A stretch of 64,000 nucleotides of DNA from a virus: the IMG/VR virus record IMGVR_UViG_3300014838_000015, positions 37,226-101,225 of that record. One strand, written 5' to 3'. The number at the start of each line of letters is the position of its first letter. The first letter of the stretch is position 1. The position numbers and the translations under genes are program-made. Shown one piece after another: positions 47,943 through 56,684 of the stretch. The notes below the pieces were generated by a model. That model saw only the letters and a list, made by a program, of their open reading frames with translations. It searched no databases and had not been told where the DNA came from.

Positions 47943-48794
47943 ATGCCACAGCACGATCTGACATTGGCCGAACAGGAAGAACTTCAATCGAAGTACGAAA
48001 AGCTTCCGACTGGAAAACCACACATTTCTTACAGCGAAGCGCGGTGTTGGGCCGAATGTAGTTACCGTCATAAGCTCGAACACGTGCTAAAGCTAGGTAC
48101 GCAGCTACCAAGCGTTCACATGGACTTTGGAACAGCGTGTCACGCCGCGATTGAATGCTTTTTGAACGGCAAAATGATGAACGTGCGCATCTTCATGAAC
48201 AAGCTCAAGGAGCTGTGGGAGGAGCATGAAAAGGTGTTACCAGATCAGTACACCGTAGAATCATTCAAGGAATTCGGTAAACAAGGTCTAGAGATTCTAA
48301 AGGAATTTCCCGCGTGGATCGATACCACGTTTCCAGGTTGGGAACTCATAGACGCTGAACATTACCTCTACGAACCCATAGAGGGTCACCCGCACGCGTT
48401 CAAGGGGTTCATAGACATCGTCATCCGTGTCCCTGGACAGAATGGAAAGAGCACGGTGTGGGTGCTCGACAGCAAGACGTGTGGATGGGGTTGGGACATC
48501 AAAAAGAAGTCTGATCCTCTCGTTCGAATGCAAACGATATTATACAGGAGCTTTTGGACGACGAAAACGAACACAAATCCAAAGGATGTGAAGTGCGGTT
48601 TCGTGCTGCTCAAACGAACGGCAAAGAAAGGTAGTCACATTGAATTGTTTCAAGCGTCAGTCGGCGACGTCACGACGAAGCGATCGTTGAAGGTCGTTGC
48701 CGACATGGTCACTAGCGTCAAGCGTGGAATTGCAATCAAGAACAAGGAATCGTGCAAGTTTTGTCAATTCAAGGAGACAGAGTGGTGCCCGTGA
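47943..48794 (+). CDS. Cas4/RecB-like PD-(D/E)XK exonuclease with Fe-S cysteines
   Basis: SYS......C, GTACH, E...GFIDI...DSKT, Q...Y, C-terminal CKFC.......C. Confidence 0.88.
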   Translation: MPQHDLTLAEQEELQSKYEKLPTGKPHISYSEARCWAECSYRHKLEHVLKLGTQLPSVHMDFGTACHAAIECFLNGKMMNVRIFMNKLKELWEEHEKVLPDQYTVESFKEFGKQGLEILKEFPAWIDTTFPGWELIDAEHYLYEPIEGHPHAFKGFIDIVIRVPGQNGKSTVWVLDSKTCGWGWDIKKKSDPLVRMQTILYRSFWTTKTNTNPKDVKCGFVLLKRTAKKGSHIELFQASVGDVTTKRSLKVVADMVTSVKRGIAIKNKESCKFCQFKETEWCP

Positions 48795-48834
48795 TGTTAG
48801 AATGTAGGTGTGAAGACAAAGAACGGTGAATTGC

Positions 48835-50094
48835 ATGGTTGATAAAATCAAGGTTTTGATGTTGAGCGATCACCCGCTCAGCACGTCAGGAGTTGGTATA
48901 CAGGCCAGGTTATTGGTTATGGGATTGATCAACACCGGTCGTTATTCATTTAAGTGCTTTGGCGGTGCTCTTAAACACGATAGTATGTCGACCGTTAAGG
49001 TCAACGACGATTTCATCATCAAACCAACGAATGGGTTCGGCGATAAAAACCTCCTACGAATGACTTTGGCCGTCGAAAGACCCGACGTTTTGTTGTTTTT
49101 TACTGATCCGAGGTTTTTCATATTTGCATGGGAAATTGAGGAAGAAATACATCAAATCTGTCCTATTGCATATAACCATCTTTGGGACAACTTTCCGTTT
49201 CCTGAATTTAACCGCGTTTTGTACGAATCCACCGATTTAATAAACTGCATCAATTATCCCACGTATGAGATGGTTTACCAACGTTTTCCAGACCGCACGA
49301 ACTACATTCCTCATGCTGTGCCTAACGATCTTTACTTTCCTTTGTCTGATGACGAGCGAATGCGTTTGAAAACCGAAATCATCGGTAAAGAACGAGCTGA
49401 TCACTTCATCGCGCTCTACGTGGGTCGTAATGCTATTCGCAAGATGCCAAACGATATCATCATCTCGTTCAAGATGTTTCTAGATGAGCTTGAAAAGAAT
49501 CACGGTCATCGCAAAGCAACGCTTGTGTTACACACAGATCCATTGGATCCTGAAGGACCGAACCTTCATCACATCATTGATATGTTACACGTGAAGAACA
49601 ACATCGTGTTCTCAAAAGACAGGATCGAGTTTGGTCAGATGAACGCGCTTTACAATGTCAGCGATGTGTTGATAAACATGAGCAAAGCAGAGGGTTTCGG
49701 TCTTCCCGTTCTAGAGATGAAGATGACGGAACGTCTTGTCATTGCAATCAAGACCGGTGGATTGACGCGGCAGGTCGAGGATCACGAGACAGGAACGCAG
49801 TTTGGTGTCGCGATGGATCCTGATGTCAAGATGATGGTCGGAACTCAGATGGTTCCATACATCTATGAAGATGCAGTTGCACATGAAACAGTTCGAGATG
49901 CATTTACGAAGGTGTATGAGATGGGGTCTGAGGAACGGAAACGCTTAGGTAAGCTAGCAAGAGAACATGCGTTGAAGAACTACAACATCGATAAACTGAT
50001 CGTCGATTGGGATACGTCGTTGACGAAGCTCGTCGCTGATTGGCGAGAAAAGAAGCTACCGTGCAACAAACGGTGGGAATGCAAGGAGATATGA
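48835..50094 (+). CDS. GT4 glycosyltransferase
   Basis: SDHPLSTSGVG, GRNAIRK, EGFGLPVLE, TGGL. Confidence 0.9.
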   Translation: MVDKIKVLMLSDHPLSTSGVGIQARLLVMGLINTGRYSFKCFGGALKHDSMSTVKVNDDFIIKPTNGFGDKNLLRMTLAVERPDVLLFFTDPRFFIFAWEIEEEIHQICPIAYNHLWDNFPFPEFNRVLYESTDLINCINYPTYEMVYQRFPDRTNYIPHAVPNDLYFPLSDDERMRLKTEIIGKERADHFIALYVGRNAIRKMPNDIIISFKMFLDELEKNHGHRKATLVLHTDPLDPEGPNLHHIIDMLHVKNNIVFSKDRIEFGQMNALYNVSDVLINMSKAEGFGLPVLEMKMTERLVIAIKTGGLTRQVEDHETGTQFGVAMDPDVKMMVGTQMVPYIYEDAVAHETVRDAFTKVYEMGSEERKRLGKLAREHALKNYNIDKLIVDWDTSLTKLVADWREKKLPCNKRWECKEI

Positions 50095-51248
50095 TGAAAA
50101 CCGTTCTGTTACGATCCCCCGTTCTAACGCAATCAGGATATGGACAGCACGCTCGACAAATAGCACGTTACCTTTTATCAAAACAGAACATCAACGTTAA
50201 ATTTAGCGTTCTTCCGTGGGGAGACACACCATGGTGCATTGATTCAACTTCACATGGTGGGTTGATCGATAAAATCATGCGTAATTCAGTTGGTCCTGAT
50301 TTTAAGGCAGACGTTGCAATTCAATTACAGTTGCCAAATGAATTCAACGTATTTCTTGCTAACGTAAACGTTGGAGTCACCGCAAGCGTAGAAACTGATC
50401 GTTGCAATCCAGAATGGATACCTGCGTGTAATTTATTGACGCGTTTGATCATGCCATCAAACCATGCGAAGGCCAGCCTCACCAACTCCGGTGAGCTAAC
50501 CGTTCCTACCGTAGTTATACCAGAAGCATACTCCGATGCGGTTGCGAAGGAAAATCTGTACCAACCGTTCGAGTTCTCCACACCGTTCAACTTTCTAGTG
50601 TTCGGTCAAATCACCGGTCAAGATGCTGATACAGATCGAAAGAACCTGTTCTACACGATCAAATGGTTGACAGAACTGTTTAAAGATGATCCAAACGTTG
50701 GTATTATCGTGAAAACGAACGTTGGTAGAAACAGCAGGATCGATCGATCGCTAACGACGAACCTATTGACATCAGTGATCAACGAGGTTCGTTCAGGAAA
50801 TGGTCCGAAGGTTCACCTGTTACACGGCGATATGACGGATGATGAAGTCGCAGCATTGTACAGGCATCCCTCCGTTAGGGCTCTCGTCGCTTTGACTCGA
50901 GGCGAAGGTTTCGGTCTTCCCACGCTAGAAGCGGCCGCCAGCGGGCTTCCTGTCATCACGACTGGATGGTCTGGTCACCTTGACTTCCTCAAGGCAGGCA
51001 AGTTCGTGTCCGTTGCATACACGTTGAATGAGGTAAACAAAAAGAGAATCGACGGAAGCATCTTCGTTGCAGGCGCTCGATGGGCTGATGTTGTTGAGGA
51101 GGATGCAAAGCGAAGGATCATGAAGTTCAGAACATCACCGGATGTTCCGATGGAATGGGCAAGGGATCTTCAGAAGAAATTGCTCGTGAGTCACAGCCAA
51201 GAAGCGATCAATTCTATCTATGAAAAAGAGATAGGCGATCTGCTGTGA
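50091..51248 (+). CDS. GT4 glycosyltransferase
   Basis: PVLTQSGYGQHAR, DRKN, RGEGFGLPTLEAAASGLPVITTGWSGHLDF. Confidence 0.9.
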   Translation: MMKTVLLRSPVLTQSGYGQHARQIARYLLSKQNINVKFSVLPWGDTPWCIDSTSHGGLIDKIMRNSVGPDFKADVAIQLQLPNEFNVFLANVNVGVTASVETDRCNPEWIPACNLLTRLIMPSNHAKASLTNSGELTVPTVVIPEAYSDAVAKENLYQPFEFSTPFNFLVFGQITGQDADTDRKNLFYTIKWLTELFKDDPNVGIIVKTNVGRNSRIDRSLTTNLLTSVINEVRSGNGPKVHLLHGDMTDDEVAALYRHPSVRALVALTRGEGFGLPTLEAAASGLPVITTGWSGHLDFLKAGKFVSVAYTLNEVNKKRIDGSIFVAGARWADVVEEDAKRRIMKFRTSPDVPMEWARDLQKKLLVSHSQEAINSIYEKEIGDLL

Positions 51249-51559
51249 TTATCATTACGTTGTTCATTTTGTCAATGTTGTTCTTATCGGGTTGGTTGAA
51301 CGTTACAACGATCAAGAAGAACCTAGAACTCAACGATCAACGTGAAGCACTCGTCGATAAAATTGAGGAATCGCTTGATATGTTGGATACGTGCTACGGT
51401 CGAATGGCTCATCATTCCGAGCTTCCTCTGTTCAGCGACGAACCGATCGTTCAGGACGTTGTGCGAGACCTCAAAATGGTAAAGAACGCCATTTTATCGA
51501 TCGCCAGCCTAATCGTCACGTATGGAACAAACAAGGATGACGTTAGCACTGATGAGTGA
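51245..51559 (+). CDS. Membrane-anchored coiled-coil hypothetical protein
   Basis: N-terminal TM segment followed by a helical acidic region. Confidence 0.65.
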   Translation: MIIITLFILSMLFLSGWLNVTTIKKNLELNDQREALVDKIEESLDMLDTCYGRMAHHSELPLFSDEPIVQDVVRDLKMVKNAILSIASLIVTYGTNKDDVSTDE

Positions 51560-52310
51560 TAAAACATTTCACACGTACGTTGATTGGACGATGGAGGAAA
51601 CACCTCGTCCGTTTTACGTCGGTAAGGGAAATGAAAATCGAATCAATTGTTTAAAACGTAACATTCATCATACTCGTGTTTCTAATAAACATGGCATTGA
51701 TCGACGAATCGTGTTAATTACGACTGATGAACAATTGGCATTCAACGAAGAGATTAAGTTGATTGCCGAACATCATACGTTCATTGATGATCATTTTTAC
51801 AACGGCATTGGTTGCAATTACACGATTGGAGGCGAAGGTCACACGCCATCAAATGAAATGCGCAAAGCGTATTCCGACAGGATGATTGTATTCTGGAACA
51901 ATCCAGAATTTAAAGCTCGCGCATGTGAAAAGATGAAGGGACACAATCGTCCGCATTCACAGGAATGGAAGTATCAACACAGCGAACGCATGAGTGGCAC
52001 AGGCAATCCTAACTTTGGAAAGAAATTTTCAAAAGAAACGTGTGCAAAATTGAGTGCATGGCAAAAAGGCAAGCAAAAGGCATCACGTGGAAAGAAGATG
52101 AAACCTGATGCGATGGCTGCGAACTATAAACAGATCACGGTGATCGATTCTATTGAAGGCAGAAGAACGTTCGTATCTCGTAAAGAAGCTGCACAAGTTA
52201 TTGCTAATGAGTTAGGATTGTCTAGCAATACGATCAAATGTTGGTTTGTTGCACGAAAAATTTCTTGTCACGGTTTAACTTTTGAATACACCGACGTAGA
52301 GAACAAATGA
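51552..52310 (+). CDS. GIY-YIG-type homing endonuclease with NUMOD3-like motifs
   Basis: TYVDWT.EE.PR..YVGKGN (paralogous to 496..1329), FNEEIKLI, NYTIGGEG, GNPNFGKKFSKET..KLS. Confidence 0.85.
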   Translation: MSDKTFHTYVDWTMEETPRPFYVGKGNENRINCLKRNIHHTRVSNKHGIDRRIVLITTDEQLAFNEEIKLIAEHHTFIDDHFYNGIGCNYTIGGEGHTPSNEMRKAYSDRMIVFWNNPEFKARACEKMKGHNRPHSQEWKYQHSERMSGTGNPNFGKKFSKETCAKLSAWQKGKQKASRGKKMKPDAMAANYKQITVIDSIEGRRTFVSRKEAAQVIANELGLSSNTIKCWFVARKISCHGLTFEYTDVENK

Positions 52311-53122
52311 AACGTAAGAAAGACATCACGCCTGTTTCAGGATCTCCCAAGATGCCGCTCGAGAAAGCAAAGGAGCCGAAACCCGTTCTAACTCCTGAGG
52401 AGCGCGAGAAGGCGAAACAGGATAGGATGTATTTCAATGCGAACACGCAAGCGGCGATAGTAGCGTTCCAAATCGCTGATAAGGCAGGCGATAGGAAGGA
52501 AAGAGATAGATTGTACGTCACGGGCATCCTTCCAGCGTTCGAGAAACTCGTTGAGAATCTGATTAACATTCATAAGTTTTCCAGCATGTATGATAGTTAC
52601 GATGATCTTAAAAATGATTGTGTTAATTTCTTATATGAAACATTACATAAATTTGATCCTACTCGAGGAACTAATGCGTTTTCATACTACAATGTGTGTT
52701 GTAAGAATTTCCTTATAATTCGCACGAAGCAAAAATCGCAGCGAATTAAAAGATCTGTGTCTCTTGATGATGTTGATTCTCTTTCACAGAACGAACTACA
52801 CATCATTGAGGATCACAACACGATTCCAGGTCAGGATACGGTGTTAGATCGCGAGGACGATGTTCGTGAGGTCATCAATGTTTTACACGAGATTCGTAAC
52901 CAGGTCAAAACGCCCAATGAACTCACGTGCATCAATAGCATCATCACCATTTTTGAGAACATTGACGATCTTGATCTATTAAACAAGAGTGCCATCTTGC
53001 TCTACCTGCGAGAACTATCAGGATTGAGCCCAAAACAACTCACCACTACGTTACAAACGATCAAACGATCATATAGAACGTTCAAGATCGATCCTGAGCT
53101 GTTTTTCTCCGGTGCGGAGTAG
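52307..53122 (+). CDS. Phage sigma factor (T4 gp55-like late sigma)
   Basis: MYF...AIV.F...KLVENLI...DDL..DCV.FL...LHKFDPTRGTNAFSYY, a sigma region-2-like FDP...AFSY segment. Confidence 0.75.
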   Translation: MKRKKDITPVSGSPKMPLEKAKEPKPVLTPEEREKAKQDRMYFNANTQAAIVAFQIADKAGDRKERDRLYVTGILPAFEKLVENLINIHKFSSMYDSYDDLKNDCVNFLYETLHKFDPTRGTNAFSYYNVCCKNFLIIRTKQKSQRIKRSVSLDDVDSLSQNELHIIEDHNTIPGQDTVLDREDDVREVINVLHEIRNQVKTPNELTCINSIITIFENIDDLDLLNKSAILLYLRELSGLSPKQLTTTLQTIKRSYRTFKIDPELFFSGAE

Positions 53123-53130
53123 GTAACTCC

Positions 53131-53526
53131 ATGATGGACGAACACGACGTTATCGATCACCTCGAAGGAATAGTCGGTGCTGCAAGCGATAGCTACGATT
53201 CTCGCGTTGCGAATTTTAGTGGATTGCTCAAAGACATTGAATCGTTAGATGACAAGAAACGACAGCTTTGGAAGGAAATATACGAAAACGCTATCATAGA
53301 CAGGCAGAACGCCTACGTCATGTTTGCAAAGCTCGTTCGAATCACGAAGGATCTTAGCACCGAACACGCAGTACACGCTCGATCCATGACATCGTACATC
53401 GAACGCATGTCTCGAGCCAACGAACAGTTGATTAAGCTCGCTGAATTAATTGCTCAAGCAGAACGTGCAAGCAATGAAATTGATACTGATTCATTGTTTG
53501 ATCAAATTGGTAAATCGAAGTTTTGA
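53131..53526 (+). CDS. Hypothetical helical protein
   Basis: 131-aa ORF; SD GGAG/AGG. Confidence 0.7.
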   Translation: MMDEHDVIDHLEGIVGAASDSYDSRVANFSGLLKDIESLDDKKRQLWKEIYENAIIDRQNAYVMFAKLVRITKDLSTEHAVHARSMTSYIERMSRANEQLIKLAELIAQAERASNEIDTDSLFDQIGKSKF

Positions 53527-53540
53527 TTTGGTGATCAATC

Positions 53541-55019
53541 GTGTCAGGTAGTCCATTCGATCAACACGATATGCACAAGCACGTAGCTGAGGGACGTGCA
53601 GATCAGGTCCTTGATCGACGTTCAAAGTATGGAATACACGATTCACCCGTTCCAACGTTTTTGAGGTTCGTCGTTCTCGATGTGATCAGCGATCCTCAAA
53701 TCATTGACAGCGTTAAACTGTCTCATTGGGAACACGATTTGGGCGTTTGCAACACAAAGTACGCTTCGATCGCTCCACCAAACAGCATCATCGCCCGTAG
53801 AGCGATGGGACAGGATTCAACGGCAAGCGAAAAGGTGATGGTGCTGTACCCATTCTTTCCACCACACCTAGGTTTTCCAGCAAAACCTGGCGAGCACGTT
53901 TGGGTGATGTTTGAACATCCTGATGCTAAGGTCAATGAATTAGGTTATTGGTTCTGCAGGATAGTTCAACCATCGTTCGTTGAGGATGTTAACTACACGC
54001 ATGCTGATCGACAGTTTGATGCTTCGTTCCTGCCTGGTTTGAGCGATCTGTTCAATGGCACGGCCGATCCGAAGTACGAATTTCATAACGGTGCTGTTGA
54101 CACTGATTCTGAATCCGGAGAAAGGTTCGTTGCAGGAACTACAAATTCGTTGCCTGGCGATGATAAATCATACACAGATTTATTAACAAATTCAGATGCA
54201 GCAAAGATTGAACAGTTTGAATCCATCCCAAGGTTCAGAAAAAGACCTTCAGACATTGCCTTTGAGGGAAGCAACAACACGTTGTTTGTTATGGGAACCG
54301 ATAGAACGGGCCCGCTAACGAATTATACGACCGATCAAACGTTGGGTCAGGTACCGCAACTCGTTCAGGAGGATATGTTGCCTCCCGGCGCTGGAATGAT
54401 TGATTTCGTCGTTGGAAGAGGTCAGACAGATTCAACAGGAGGTACACCCGTCACCAACTCGCTTGGAAACAAGGAGATTGGCAAGTCAAAGGGCGACACC
54501 GTACCAAAAGAAGGAGACCCTGATCTCATCAATGATCGTTCAAGAATATTAATTTCGCAGAAGACAAAATCTGATACTAACTTCAATATCACAAACGTTG
54601 TTTCAGCACATACGTCAACGTCACCCGTTACTGATGGAAGCGGCGGGGGCGCGATTGTCATCAAAACTGACAAGGTTCGCATCATTGCAAGACAAGACGT
54701 TGTAATAATGGTTTCAGGTCCAGCAGGAACAGATTCTAACGGCAATGCTAAAGATCCGAGCGCTAACATAGATCCATCACAGTGTGCATCAATCACGCTT
54801 AGAACGAATGGAGACATCATCTTTACTCCCAGTTCATCGGGCATCGTTAAGTTGGGCGGTGATGACGCAGACAAGGCATTGTTGGCCGCGGATATAAGCC
54901 TTGTGGCAACAAACAACAATGGCACGGTCAGCGCAACACCTATTATGAGCACGATGGGTGGCTTTGTAGGCGCTGGTGGTGCACAAGGAGTTTACTGCAC
55001 GAAGGTGATGGCACGTTGA
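53541..55019 (+). CDS. Baseplate hub/central spike protein (gp5/VgrG-like OB fold plus beta-strand repeats)
   Basis: YPFFP....PAKPGEHVWV...YW; GSNNT...GTDR; IVIKTDKVRIIAR; lies upstream of gp25/gp6-like genes. Confidence 0.65.
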   Translation: MSGSPFDQHDMHKHVAEGRADQVLDRRSKYGIHDSPVPTFLRFVVLDVISDPQIIDSVKLSHWEHDLGVCNTKYASIAPPNSIIARRAMGQDSTASEKVMVLYPFFPPHLGFPAKPGEHVWVMFEHPDAKVNELGYWFCRIVQPSFVEDVNYTHADRQFDASFLPGLSDLFNGTADPKYEFHNGAVDTDSESGERFVAGTTNSLPGDDKSYTDLLTNSDAAKIEQFESIPRFRKRPSDIAFEGSNNTLFVMGTDRTGPLTNYTTDQTLGQVPQLVQEDMLPPGAGMIDFVVGRGQTDSTGGTPVTNSLGNKEIGKSKGDTVPKEGDPDLINDRSRILISQKTKSDTNFNITNVVSAHTSTSPVTDGSGGGAIVIKTDKVRIIARQDVVIMVSGPAGTDSNGNAKDPSANIDPSQCASITLRTNGDIIFTPSSSGIVKLGGDDADKALLAADISLVATNNNGTVSATPIMSTMGGFVGAGGAQGVYCTKVMAR

Positions 55020-55029
55020 AAGCAACCTA

Positions 55030-56019
55030 ATGCCATTCGGTACAGATATGTCACTTGGTCCCAAGGGCGCTGGAATGCTTGATTCGTCAGGTAACCTCAC
55101 ACCTGCATGCAGGTTAAAGTTCGCAGCTGATTGTTTGGCAATCGTTGGCAACGGTAATGCAAACGGCACCGGTTTGACGGCTACTGGTTTCCTACCCATT
55201 CCTGTGTATCCCATTCCTGGGCCCACGGTGATCTTGAACCCACTCGAGAACCCGCAGGGTGAAAGCCTTCTATGGTTCAATCCTGAACCATTGGCGCCTC
55301 TCTTGGTGCCCATGTTGTCAGATCCCTCGAAGCAGTTTCAAACGTTGATCGTTGATGGATTGTTCGCACCGCTCGTGTCGATGTTGAACATGGCCGGAAA
55401 TACGCCGTTGTTTCCAATCTTTGATCCAACGAGCATCATTGATCTGAGCAAGTTCCCAAATCTAGCACTGCCAGACATTCCTAAAATACTCGCTGAATTG
55501 ACGGTTCAATTCGCTCTCATGGCAGTTCAAACAACGTTGCCCGCCGCAAAAATCAGCCTCGCGCAGAACTTTGGAATCAGCGATTTGAACATCGCTGCGT
55601 TGTTATCGTTGCTTGTTCCGCCCGTTCCTCCGTCGATTCCCATTCCGCCGATTCCTACGATTCCCGTGCCAAAGATTCCCATTCCTCTGGCGGGAATTTC
55701 AGTGCCCAATTTTCCAGACCTCGCACTTGGTTTCTTTAAGATGCCATTGACGTTGTTCCCGCAGCTCATTCTCAAGGTCACTAGCCCATCAATAAGCCCA
55801 CCTGACCTATTCAAGGAGATCATAGGATTGATTGCTGAATTGTTGATGGATGTTCTCAAGGCACTTGGATTGCTCGTTGGTGTTCCGAAGTTGCTTTTAT
55901 CTGTTCTCATGGTCATCGTCAAGGACCTATGTGTGATGCTTCTATGCGATGTTGTATCTCAAGTTCTTGGAACAGGTGCATTGGTAAAAATTGTTGCAAC
56001 GTTGGGTGGTGTGGTGTAA
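55030..56019 (+). CDS. Pro-rich, hydrophobic baseplate-associated protein
   Basis: PPVPPSIPIPPIPTIPVPKIPIP linker; long hydrophobic C-terminal helices. Confidence 0.6.
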   Translation: MPFGTDMSLGPKGAGMLDSSGNLTPACRLKFAADCLAIVGNGNANGTGLTATGFLPIPVYPIPGPTVILNPLENPQGESLLWFNPEPLAPLLVPMLSDPSKQFQTLIVDGLFAPLVSMLNMAGNTPLFPIFDPTSIIDLSKFPNLALPDIPKILAELTVQFALMAVQTTLPAAKISLAQNFGISDLNIAALLSLLVPPVPPSIPIPPIPTIPVPKIPIPLAGISVPNFPDLALGFFKMPLTLFPQLILKVTSPSISPPDLFKEIIGLIAELLMDVLKALGLLVGVPKLLLSVLMVIVKDLCVMLLCDVVSQVLGTGALVKIVATLGGVV

Positions 56020-56053
56020 TTTACGCTTGTCCTATTTAACGCTGGTCTAACAC

Positions 56054-56632
56054 ATGCTGATTTTTACGCAGAATCTTCAACCTCATGCGTCACCTCCTAC
56101 GCCACCTCCCGTTGTCGTTCCACCAACACCAACCTTAACGATTAACGATTATGCATCAAAACGAACAACGTACAGTTTCAAGTCATCCGGCACGACGCAG
56201 GCAGCGACTAAGGCAAATGCGTTAGCGACAACGCCGATTGCGATCGGAATAATCACGCCGTTACAATTGGGCACGAGTGACCTGCTTGCCACCACGACAG
56301 ACCTTGGAACTGCGATGGCCGATAACCTTCGAAACCTCGTGCAGACGAACTGGGGCGAACGCCTGGGTCTCTACGCCTATGGTGCAAACCTCAAACCATT
56401 GTTGTCGGACATCGTTTCGCAGGATGACTTCGATTCACAAGCGATCATTCGAATCAAGAACGCCGTGCAACGTTGGATGTCATACGTTGACCTTGAGGAT
56501 TTCACGTCGACCATAGATCATACGGGAAAGCTCACGAGTGGCATTGCACAGGTCAGCATTGTCATCACGTACAACATTCCCAGCCTCAACGTCAAACAGA
56601 AGAAACTCAAAGTAACGCTATACGCTATCTGA
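56054..56632 (+). CDS. Baseplate wedge protein, gp25-like
   Basis: DNLRNLVQTNWGERL...YGANL..LL...IKNAVQRWM.YV.L. Confidence 0.85.
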   Translation: MLIFTQNLQPHASPPTPPPVVVPPTPTLTINDYASKRTTYSFKSSGTTQAATKANALATTPIAIGIITPLQLGTSDLLATTTDLGTAMADNLRNLVQTNWGERLGLYAYGANLKPLLSDIVSQDDFDSQAIIRIKNAVQRWMSYVDLEDFTSTIDHTGKLTSGIAQVSIVITYNIPSLNVKQKKLKVTLYAI

Positions 56633-56684
56633 TGCATTGTTGGCACCGATCGTTACGTAATCATACTTAGAACGTAGGAAATGC

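Noticed and set aside
54422-55922. Long antisense ORFs (176, 159 and 131 aa) and similar shadows elsewhere, such as 9618..9971 and 33056..33457
   Set aside because: They lie opposite or within well-supported genes, show no motifs or initiation signals, and are explained by codon bias.
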